Below are positions 56,823 to 64,000 of a stretch of 64,000 nucleotides of DNA, one piece after another. The stretch spans positions 33,046-97,045 of the forward strand of contig JAJDOG010000094.1 of assembly GCA_022340285.1 (NCBI GenBank). The letters are read 5' to 3'. The position numbers were made by a program, and so were the translations under genes. The notes beneath the pieces were generated by a model that did no database searches, was not told the DNA's origin, and saw only the letters and a program-made list of their open reading frames with translations. How positions within the stretch are numbered: position 1 is the stretch's first letter; each line of letters opens with the position of its first letter. This DNA is from Betaproteobacteria bacterium. GTDB taxonomy: Bacteria; Pseudomonadota; Gammaproteobacteria; Burkholderiales; SG8-39.

Positions 56823-57551
56823 TCAGGCACCCGAATGAAACCACTTCAGCTCGGTCGCGATGTTGTTGGTCACGATCCGGCCCTGCACGAAGTCCACGCG
56901 ATGATGGAACACGGCGTTGCGCACGCTCGCGGCGTACCAGAACGACTCGGTGCTGTTGCCCCGCTCGGAAGCTTCCACGGAGACCCGCCACTCGACCGCC
57001 AGATCGATGCGCAGCGCCGTGAAAATTCCGGCGGGGACCGTCACGCGCTCCCATCCGTGCACGGTGGCGCGCACATGCTGCAGAAGCGTGCCCTGATCGG
57101 GTGCCCCGATGACGTTCGTTCGGACCTCGCCCGACCAGGTCTTGTCGATCGCGAGCGGAAACGCGTAGCGGGGATAGGCCGGCTCGAACGCCACGTTCCG
57201 GTTGCGCACGGGGTTCAGGTCGCGGTCGAAGCGGACCTCGTAAGCGCCCGCCGCCTGGGATTGCCCCGCGAGGGCATACCCCTCCGCATCGACTGCGCTG
57301 ACGCGCAGCTGGATCTCGTCGGTCGTCAGTCCGGTCAGCACGCTGCGGGTGGCGTAACGCCACTCGTCTCCCACCCGCAATGCGGGCGCGGGCAACTCGC
57401 GCGGAAGGCCCTCAGGCGGGACCGGCCTCAGGTCTGCCTGAGTGAGAACCGACGGACCACCACAAGCGCCGAGCAGCGGCGCCACGGCAAGTACGCGGAG
57501 AATGCTTCGTCGGGACGCGTGCGAGGGCAGGAGAGGATCTGGGGCGGTCAC
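56823..57551 (-). CDS. lipoprotein of unknown function
   Basis: Lipobox PLLGAC. Beta-rich sequence with no domain recognised. Confidence 0.55.
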   Translation of the reverse strand: MTAPDPLLPSHASRRSILRVLAVAPLLGACGGPSVLTQADLRPVPPEGLPRELPAPALRVGDEWRYATRSVLTGLTTDEIQLRVSAVDAEGYALAGQSQAAGAYEVRFDRDLNPVRNRNVAFEPAYPRYAFPLAIDKTWSGEVRTNVIGAPDQGTLLQHVRATVHGWERVTVPAGIFTALRIDLAVEWRVSVEASERGNSTESFWYAASVRNAVFHHRVDFVQGRIVTNNIATELKWFHSGA

Positions 57552-57636
57552 TGGAAATCTCCACGCGAAAATGCTTCTCTAACCGACTAGATCGGGCGCT
57601 CGCCGAGTGCCGCAGGGACCGCGAGTCGGTTCTACG

Positions 57637-58026
57637 TCACTTCTGCTTTTTCGCGTCGGCGATCCGCGCCTTGCAACCGGCCGACACCTCTCCCGCGCTC
57701 TGCTTGAGGCATGCGGCAATGCGACCGCCACCCGGCTGGATGCCGTCGCACAGAAAGTGGATGTCTTCCTCGCAGGCCTGGTGGACTTCCTTGAGGATCT
57801 GCCGCATCTGGCCGACGCGCTCCTTGCAGGGCGCCGAGAGCTGCGCGGCGTTCTTCTTCAGGCATGCAGCCACCGCGCCGCCGCCGGGCTTCGCCTGCGG
57901 GCAGAATCGGGCAAGGTCCGCCTTGCAACTCGGCGCTTCGGCCAGTGCGCCGCCGTTAAATACCAGCCCGAAGCCGAGAAGTGCTGCTGCGGCGATGCGG
58001 CCGAGTATGGATTGCCGGTGTTTCAT
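57637..58026 (-). CDS. exported cysteine-rich repeat protein (two C-x7-C-x12-C-x11-C units)
   Basis: Signal peptide, then CKADLARFCPQAKPGGGAVAACLKKNAAQLSAPC and CEEDIHFLCDGIQPGGGRIAACLKQSAGEVSAGC. Confidence 0.65.
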   Translation of the reverse strand: MKHRQSILGRIAAAALLGFGLVFNGGALAEAPSCKADLARFCPQAKPGGGAVAACLKKNAAQLSAPCKERVGQMRQILKEVHQACEEDIHFLCDGIQPGGGRIAACLKQSAGEVSAGCKARIADAKKQK

Positions 58027-58149
58027 ATCTTCTCCCTTTGCATGCTCGTTCCGGCTCGCCCCGCCGGAGAGAGTATTCGCTTGTCGCGAGCGGTCGAGGG
58101 TTCGGGAGCATGAGCGTCAGGCGGTTCGACCGAAACGATGCCGTCGCGC

Positions 58150-58986
58150 TCACTTCGGGAACATGAACTGCACCTGCACGCGCATCTGCCAGTTGGCGCC
58201 GTTGTCCGGGTGCACGACGTTGTAGTAGGCGCCGACCTGGGCATTCACCGGCAATCTGCCCAGGTGAAAGATGTGCCCGACGGCGGCGCCGAACGGCACC
58301 GTCCAGCGCTGGCCCGACTCGGCCTTCCAATTCGCGGTGATGACCGGGGCGCTCGAAATGTAGGTGCCGCCGGGAAAGTTGTAGTTGATGAAGTACTGCG
58401 CCAGAAAATTGCTGTATGCGCCGCCGCGCTCGTCGCTCGAGAGCGACCACACGTTGTTGACGAGCAACCCATACACCCAAGGGTTGCCCTTCTCGAGCTT
58501 CAGCACGACCGCGGTGGGTCCCAGGCCCCAGTTCTTGTTGCCGAGGCCGTTCGAGTCGGTGGGCATCTGCGCGATGGCTCCGGCGCCCCAGATCAGGCCG
58601 CCCGGGCCAGGCTGGCTCGGCGACAGGAAACCCGACAGCTGCGTGTCGCCCAGCCCGAAAGTCGTTTTCTCGCCGGGTGCGGAGCCAGGCTGCCAGACGA
58701 GCGGCAGGATCGTGCGCGTGATCAGGTTCCATTCCTTGTTGAGCTTGATCGGGTAGACGGGCTGAATGTTCAGGATGTTCTGCGTGCCGTTCTGCGGGCC
58801 GACGTTGAAGTTGGTGTTGTTCTGGAGCGGCACGCTCACCAGGTTGCCGACCGGGTTCTGTGCGAGCTTTGCGAGGTCCGTGGCGCTCAGCTTCGACTGG
58901 GCCTGAGATGAAGCGGCGGCAGCGAGGGACAGTGCGGTGAATACAGCGACTGCGCCGTGCTTCGTACGGAGTATCGGGTTGTTCAC
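58150..58986 (-). CDS. outer-membrane beta-barrel protein (MetA-pathway/phenol-degradation-like transporter family)
   Basis: Signal peptide, LAQNPVGNLVSVPLQNNTNFNVGP...LNIQPVYP, alternating beta pattern, C-terminal aromatic (QFMFPK). Confidence 0.5.
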   Translation of the reverse strand: MNNPILRTKHGAVAVFTALSLAAAASSQAQSKLSATDLAKLAQNPVGNLVSVPLQNNTNFNVGPQNGTQNILNIQPVYPIKLNKEWNLITRTILPLVWQPGSAPGEKTTFGLGDTQLSGFLSPSQPGPGGLIWGAGAIAQMPTDSNGLGNKNWGLGPTAVVLKLEKGNPWVYGLLVNNVWSLSSDERGGAYSNFLAQYFINYNFPGGTYISSAPVITANWKAESGQRWTVPFGAAVGHIFHLGRLPVNAQVGAYYNVVHPDNGANWQMRVQVQFMFPK

Positions 58987-59028
58987 TGCGCACTCCTCGT
59001 GAGGCGACTCGTGTCGGGCGGCGCCGTG

Positions 59029-60387
59029 TCAGAACGTCCAGTTGCCGTACGCGCCCATGAACAGCAGTCCGACGTTGCCGTACGAGCCGACAACGCTGCC
59101 GCGCCCGCCGAGCGCGACCGGGGTCGTGCCCTGGATGTTGACGTCGAGGTTCCCGCCGTACAGGTACTCGGCCGCGACGCCCCACTTGAAGGTCTTGCTT
59201 GCTTGGTGCTCCGCGCCCACGCCGAAGCGCCAGGCGGCGTTGGTGGGCAGGAGCGGCGAGACGGTACCCGACTGGAAGCCCGAATCGTACGCGATGCCGA
59301 AGTTGAGCAGCCACGGCTGGCTCAGGCGGTATTGCGCACCCGCCGCGACGTGCCACGTGTCCTTGAATGGAATGCTCGTCGTGAGGCTGGTCGGGTTGTT
59401 CGGGTTGTCGACACCGAGCTGGACCTGGCCGAACTTCGACCACTGCTGCCAGCCGACGCTTCCCAGCACTGCCCAGCGATCGTTCACTTGCGCGAAGACG
59501 CTGCCCATCACTTGCTGCGGAACCTTGATCCCGACGTTGATGGTCGAGCTGAGCAGGCCGGCGGCCTGGAGATTGGTGCCGAGCGCGCCGAGGTTTGACC
59601 AGTCGGGCGCGGAGCTGAAGTCCAGGTTGATCTGCGAATTCCAGGTGAGCCCGACCCGGGTGCGCGAGTCGAACTCGTAGAGGAGACCGAGATTGACGCC
59701 CCAGCCCCAGGTGCTGTCCTGGAGCTTGAGCTGCGCGTCGCCGGATGCCCGTTGGATCGGCACGACGACCCCGGGCCGCAGCGCGTCCGGGATGTTGATC
59801 GCCACCTGGTTCTCGTAGTAGCCGTACATGGCGGTGACGCCCGCGCCGAGCGAGAGCTTGTCGCTCACCTTGTAGGCAATCGAGGGGACGAGCGACAATC
59901 CGACCATGCTCGTCTGCTGGACGTAGTAGCGCCCGACCCAGCTGTCGTCGTATTTCACGACGCCGCCGAAGTTGCCGGTCATCGCGACACCGACCTTGAG
60001 GTCGGGCGAGATGCTATGGCTGTAGAAGCCCCCGCCGCCGAGAAACCAGCCGTTCGAGCCGAACGCGTTGCCGCCGGCGTCGGCGCCGAGCGCGGGCGAG
60101 GTGCCCAGGCCGATCCCGAACTGGGTCCGGCCGTAATCGAGCTGGCCGGAGCCGAGGAACTGGTTGCCCTGGAGCCGCGTCATGCCGGCCGGATTGGTGA
60201 ACACCGTGGAGGCGTCCTGCGCGCGCGCGCCGTAGCCCGCCGAGGCGAGGCCGACCTCGGCCGTTCCGAACTCGTAGGCGTACATGCCGCCGGCCGCCGC
60301 CTGCCCGGCGGCGAGCACGCCCGAACACAACACGGCGATGGTCGCCGCTCGGCGCACATCACTCTTCGAAACCCGCAGCGTGACCAT
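59029..60387 (-). CDS. FadL/TodX-family outer-membrane transporter for hydrophobic compounds
   Basis: Signal peptide, STVFTNPAGMTRL hatch motif, 14-strand-like alternating pattern, terminal ...GNWTF. Confidence 0.85.
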   Translation of the reverse strand: MVTLRVSKSDVRRAATIAVLCSGVLAAGQAAAGGMYAYEFGTAEVGLASAGYGARAQDASTVFTNPAGMTRLQGNQFLGSGQLDYGRTQFGIGLGTSPALGADAGGNAFGSNGWFLGGGGFYSHSISPDLKVGVAMTGNFGGVVKYDDSWVGRYYVQQTSMVGLSLVPSIAYKVSDKLSLGAGVTAMYGYYENQVAINIPDALRPGVVVPIQRASGDAQLKLQDSTWGWGVNLGLLYEFDSRTRVGLTWNSQINLDFSSAPDWSNLGALGTNLQAAGLLSSTINVGIKVPQQVMGSVFAQVNDRWAVLGSVGWQQWSKFGQVQLGVDNPNNPTSLTTSIPFKDTWHVAAGAQYRLSQPWLLNFGIAYDSGFQSGTVSPLLPTNAAWRFGVGAEHQASKTFKWGVAAEYLYGGNLDVNIQGTTPVALGGRGSVVGSYGNVGLLFMGAYGNWTF

Positions 60388-60600
60388 GGAACCCCCCTTT
60401 ATTGTTGAGCGTCGATTATGAACTACCTAGCCGCCGTGTCCGCAAGCGCGGCGTATGCTTCGGTACGGCTTGTGGAAGCGAGGCAACGCTGCGCTTCAGC
60501 AATCGCATCATCAACGACTTGAAATGAAGTGGCGCTCGGCATTGTCCGGCCCCGTCACTTCGGGTCCGGTGCCGAGCGCCGTGGCGTATGCCGTGCCGGG

Positions 60601-61154
60601 TCACTTCAGCTCCTTGTCCTTCCAGACCTTGAGGCCTCCGACGTTGCCGCTCGCCTGGAAACCTTCTGGGTCAGGCTGTAGACCTCGCCGCCCGTGAACA
60701 GCCCCGCGGTGCCGCCGGTAGCTTTCGCGCCCGTGCCCGCCCCGGCGCCACCTTCGGTGCCGGCCTCCCAGCCCGAGTCGATGAAGCGCTGCATGGCCCT
60801 GGCGTCCTTGAACACGAAGAGATAGCGCTCTTCTTCCGCGCCGATCTGCAGACCGGCGGTCGCCGCACCGAGGTCCATGTACGTGTTCTTCTTCGTCTTG
60901 TTGTTATGGACGAGGCCCTTGCCGCCGGCGCCACCGAGCAGGAAGCTGAACCCGTAGGTCGTGAACACGGCGTAGCCGGGCGCCTTCTGCACCGCGGTTT
61001 TCAGCTGCGGGTTGGCCTTGTAGAAGTCGTTGAGCGACGTTTGCGCCTTCGCGCGCACCTCGGCCTGCTTCTTGGCCTTGTCCTGCGCGAGCGCGCCGGT
61101 CGCGACGAACGAAAGGGCGACGGCCGCAACCGTCAAGAGCTTGCGAATTTCCAT
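60601..61154 (-). pseudogene. exported SYLF/DUF500-like protein with apparent 1-nt frameshift near 60662-60664
   Basis: The track ORF (60606..61154) ends ...GGEVYSLTQKVSRRAATSEASRSGRTRS. Shifting frame after CAGAA gives ...LTQ(K)GFQASGNVGGLKVWKDKELK*, with a stop at 60601-60603. That fits the family's usual C-terminal pattern. Confidence 0.5.
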
Positions 61155-61311
61155 CTTGATTTTCCAGAATTTAGTTGAGATCAACAGGGAGGGACGGCGC
61201 ACACAAAACGAGTATTCGCGTCTGGACCGAACTTGCAAATACGACCTTGGTGTTACGAGCGCGCCGCGAGCGTGCGCGTCGCTCGCCGTCAAGCCAGGCC
61301 AAGAATCCGGC

Positions 61312-63285
61312 TCATCGATTGTTTGGCTTGTACCAGATCGGCGAGGTATAGGCGCGCTCCTGCAGCGTCATGGTCGTGCCCTCCAGCGGCTTGACCCCGA
61401 AGCGCTTGGCGTCGTAGGCGGTCCAGCGCGGCGTCGGGATCTCGAGCACCCGACCGTAGTAGAAGGCCGGCTGGCTCGCGTCGAAGTCGGGATCCTTCCA
61501 CACCGCTATCAGCTCGGGCGCGCCGATCGTGTTGGTCCACGAGGCGTTCGCCACGTCGACGGTGCTGCCGACCGCCGGCACCTTGCCGGTCTTGGCGTCC
61601 GGCTTGCGCTCGCCGGACCAGGCGACGTCGTGGACCTTCTCGTGCAGCTTGCCGTCCTTGTCCATCCAGCCCTTGACGATCTGGTAGCGGTCGAGGTTGG
61701 CGCCGATCGGGTCCTTGAGCGCCGCCACCAGGAAAGTCGGCGCCTTGCCCTGCGGCGCGGCGTGCAGATCGCCCCCCATCGGCACGCCCTTGGTGTAGCC
61801 GATCTGCGCCGGCAGCCGGTTGTGTGCGTCGCCGGGCTCGAACTCGAAGCCGCCGAAGAAGCGCACCAGCATGCGCGACCCGGTGGTGGCGTAGGTCTCC
61901 TTGCGCTGCATCGCGTCCCACAGGGCCGCGCGCGTGTTTTCCGTCGCCCACACCGCGGCGTAGCCGGAAGCGCCGACTTCCCAGTCCATGACCTTGACGC
62001 CGGTCTTGGGATTGTCGAAGAAGGTGGCCGTCAGACGATGCGGGCTGGGCTCCTGCGGCGTGGTCTTGCCGAAGAAATTTTCCTCCTCGACCGCGGCGAG
62101 CCCGGTGTGCGCGTCGGTGCTGCCGATCAGGCCGAACTTGTACGGATCGGTGCCCAGCGTCTGATCGAGCTTGAGGCCGTTCTTCAGCGCCGATCGGGCG
62201 TACTCGAATTCCAGCATTGATTCCTTCTTTGCCGCGCTGCCGTCGAGGTTGCCCTTGTCCCAGAGCTCGAAGTTGGCGAACTCGTCGTTCGGTGACAGGA
62301 AGGGGTGCGACTCGCCAGTGCCCTTGGTTTGCGTGACTTCGTACAGCCGCTCCCATTTCGCGCGCGTGTCGGCATATTCGCGATCGAGCTTTCTTCCGAA
62401 GGCTTCGACCGTGGGAAACATGAGACCGTTGGAGAGATTGCCGTTGTGCGCGATGGCGAGCACCTGCCCCCCGGTCTTCTGCTCGTAGGTGGCCATCCAC
62501 TTCCACAGGTCGCGCGGGTTATCGCTGCCGAGCGGCGCCATGGTGGTGAAGGGCTCGACCTGGCTGGCCTTGTCGGCGCCGTCGCGATAGATGACATTGC
62601 GGTGCAGGTTGTTGCCGCCGGTGTTCGAGGTCCACTCGTAGCCGATGAACGCGGTGAAGTGCCCCGGATCGTTATAGGCTTCCGCCGCCTTGATCGTCTC
62701 GTCCCATGCTCCGCGGTAGGCCTTCGTGCCGGGCACGGGCATGATGGCCTTGGAGATCGTGCCCTTGCCGAAGCTCTGGATGATGTCCAGTGCGGCTTCT
62801 GCGCCCTTGCCAGTGCGGATCATCTCGTTCCACTTGCGGCCCTGTGGATCGGCCATGATGGCGGGGTCGCCGCCGAGGATGAGCGGGAAGAAGCCCATGC
62901 CGTCGGAGTGATCGGCCACCACCAGGAAGTCGAGCGGGCGCGAGAGCTTGACCGGCTGTCCGCTCGACGCGGTGAGCTGCTCGCCGCGCGCAAAGCGGTA
63001 GGCGTCGCGCGGACCGAGCCGCGCGCCGAACGCGCCGGCGTCCATCGAGTACGAGGTATGCAAGTGCGTATCGCCGAAGAATGGCCGCGTCGGGAAATTG
63101 CGATCCGCATAGGGCGAATACGCGGGCTTGGCGGGATACACTCTTTCGGCTTCTTGTTTGCTGAGCGCGCCGCTGTCGCTTTCATACGCTTGCGCCGGCA
63201 GTCCGAATCCGGCAATGGCGAAAGCGGCACCGATCAGGGCCGCGGCCAAGGCTGGAATCGAATTGCAGAACGAGGTGATCGTCAT
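61312..63285 (-). CDS. exported DUF3604 (PHP-like metal-dependent) protein
   Basis: Signal peptide, FFGDTHLHTSYSMDA, VVADHSD, FIGYEWTS, AIAHNGN, GSTDAHT. Confidence 0.8.
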   Translation of the reverse strand: MTITSFCNSIPALAAALIGAAFAIAGFGLPAQAYESDSGALSKQEAERVYPAKPAYSPYADRNFPTRPFFGDTHLHTSYSMDAGAFGARLGPRDAYRFARGEQLTASSGQPVKLSRPLDFLVVADHSDGMGFFPLILGGDPAIMADPQGRKWNEMIRTGKGAEAALDIIQSFGKGTISKAIMPVPGTKAYRGAWDETIKAAEAYNDPGHFTAFIGYEWTSNTGGNNLHRNVIYRDGADKASQVEPFTTMAPLGSDNPRDLWKWMATYEQKTGGQVLAIAHNGNLSNGLMFPTVEAFGRKLDREYADTRAKWERLYEVTQTKGTGESHPFLSPNDEFANFELWDKGNLDGSAAKKESMLEFEYARSALKNGLKLDQTLGTDPYKFGLIGSTDAHTGLAAVEEENFFGKTTPQEPSPHRLTATFFDNPKTGVKVMDWEVGASGYAAVWATENTRAALWDAMQRKETYATTGSRMLVRFFGGFEFEPGDAHNRLPAQIGYTKGVPMGGDLHAAPQGKAPTFLVAALKDPIGANLDRYQIVKGWMDKDGKLHEKVHDVAWSGERKPDAKTGKVPAVGSTVDVANASWTNTIGAPELIAVWKDPDFDASQPAFYYGRVLEIPTPRWTAYDAKRFGVKPLEGTTMTLQERAYTSPIWYKPNNR

Positions 63286-63482
63286 GGGTCTCCCTCTGTC
63301 TCTCGGTCTCGGCCCTTGTAGCCGCGCGGGTGCGAATGATGTGACGGCGCGGCTGGAAGGTACCTGACATTCTAGCGCGGACGCTCAACCATTCGCCGGC
63401 AACATAGGCTCCAGCTACGGCTCGGGAAACCCGACTTTGGTCGTATGGCGGCGCGCGGGGCGCTTAGCACGCAAAGAAAGGG

Positions 63483-63534
63483 TTTTCTCCCCTCCTTTTC
63501 AAGGAGGGGTGCCGCCGGAGGTGGCGGGGTGGTT
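63483..63534 (-). repeat. 52-nt double-hairpin dispersed repeat, copy C (inverted orientation)
   Basis: The reverse complement is AACCACCCCGCCACCTCCGGCGGCACCCCTCCTTGAAAAGGAGGGGAGAAAA. Confidence 0.75.
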
Positions 63535-63581
63535 TCGATTTCGATCAGCGCTTCACACCTTTCTTCCTACACAGGCTCTGG

Positions 63582-63633
63582 AACACCACCCCGCTTGCTT
63601 CGCAACCACCCCTCCTCGGAGAGGAGGGGAAAC
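63582..63633 (+). repeat. 52-nt double-hairpin dispersed repeat, copy D
   Basis: AACACCACCCCGCTTGCTTCGCAACCACCCCTCCTCGGAGAGGAGGGGAAAC. Confidence 0.75.
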
Positions 63634-63662
63634 AGCTCTAGACCATCCGACCATCCCTTCCT

Positions 63663-64000
63663 TCAACCGCCTAGCTCGCCGCGCACGATCGTCGCGCCGG
63701 CCGCGAGGGCGCGCAGCTTGCCGCTGGACACCTCGCGCGCCAGCGGCACCATGCCGCAATTCGTGCACGGATAGAGGTGGTCGGGCGCGACGTACTTCAG
63801 TGCCGCGCGAATGACGCCGGCCACGTCCTCGGGCGACTCGATCCGGTCGGTCGCCACGTCGATCGCGCCCACCAGCACGTCCTTGCCCTTGAGGAGCGCG
63901 ATCAGCTCCAGCGGAACGTGCGAGTTGGCGCACTCGAGCGAGACCTGGTCGATGCGGGAGGCGGCGAGCAGCGGAAACGTCTGCTCGTACTGGCGCCATT
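63663..64000 (-). CDS. cobalamin-independent methionine synthase (MetE C-terminal domain)-like protein, 3' part (5' end outside window)
   Basis: Frame open to the window edge. ...IDQVSLECANSHVPLELIALLKGKDVLVGAIDVATDRIESPEDV...YPCTNCGM matches the Meth_synt_2 zinc-site region. Confidence 0.7.
   Translation of the reverse strand, partial: WRQYEQTFPLLAASRIDQVSLECANSHVPLELIALLKGKDVLVGAIDVATDRIESPEDVAGVIRAALKYVAPDHLYPCTNCGMVPLAREVSSGKLRALAAGATIVRGELGG

Noticed and set aside
57956-59443. 495-aa minus-strand ORF spanning three genes
   Set aside because: It is an alternate frame across the Cys-rich, beta-barrel and FadL genes. Its Arg/Pro-rich composition is typical of a shadow ORF, and it crosses two intergenic gaps.
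63437-63999. ORFs 63437..63814(+), 63445..63774(+), 63553..63999(-)
   Set aside because: They read through the intergenic repeat pair and antisense to the MetE-like gene. They have no motifs.
1-64000. Search for CRISPR arrays, tRNA/rRNA genes, IS elements, integrases, phage or known defence-system genes
   Set aside because: I found no regularly spaced direct repeats. I also found no cloverleaf-like conserved tRNA boxes, no transposase, recombinase, reverse-transcriptase or nuclease-NTPase signatures in any credible ORF, and no marked GC-poor island. This was by-eye inspection only, so small ncRNAs could be missed.

Overview
High-GC proteobacterial chromosomal segment, Betaproteobacteria-like by gene content, which is a guess. 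It is densely packed with about 58 protein-coding genes.

I saw no rRNA, tRNA, CRISPR array, transposase, integrase or phage genes. I found no recognisable defence or mobile system.

Main blocks, left to right:
- A Ser/Thr kinase with a periplasmic BON tail.
- A Liv-type ABC importer flanked by two acyl-CoA-ligase-like genes.
- A small membrane and methyltransferase operon.
- A leucine-catabolism (liu/MCCase) cluster split by a cassette of two UbiD-family (de)carboxylase paralogs, a methyltransferase and MarR.
- A GT2/UDP-xylose synthase pair.
- putA.
- mltF plus a periplasmic ankyrin protein.
- A TRAP transporter with tandemly duplicated DctP genes, next to an aromatic-type FAD monooxygenase.
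- A large arylsulfatase.
- A short zone of gene remnants.
- A run of seven exported or outer-membrane proteins (DUF3604, SYLF-like, FadL, beta-barrel, Cys-rich repeat, two lipoproteins).

Most interesting to me:
1. The UbiD pair, where one copy keeps the EGPFGE acid-base motif and the other has lost it.
2. A dispersed 52-nt double-hairpin repeat family with compensatory stem changes.
3. A DsbB-like protein whose CxxC is GxxG, coupled to a FAM173-like anchored methyltransferase.
4. An in-frame internally deleted pentameric ligand-gated ion channel homolog.
5. A 1-nt frameshift in the SYLF-like gene.
6. The all-exported envelope cluster.

Limits:
- All homology calls come from motif recognition by eye and memory, not searches.
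- Many start codons are approximate. The ORF track uses ATG/GTG/TTG and often over-extends ORFs.
- The long antisense or alternate-frame ORFs typical of high-GC DNA were discarded.
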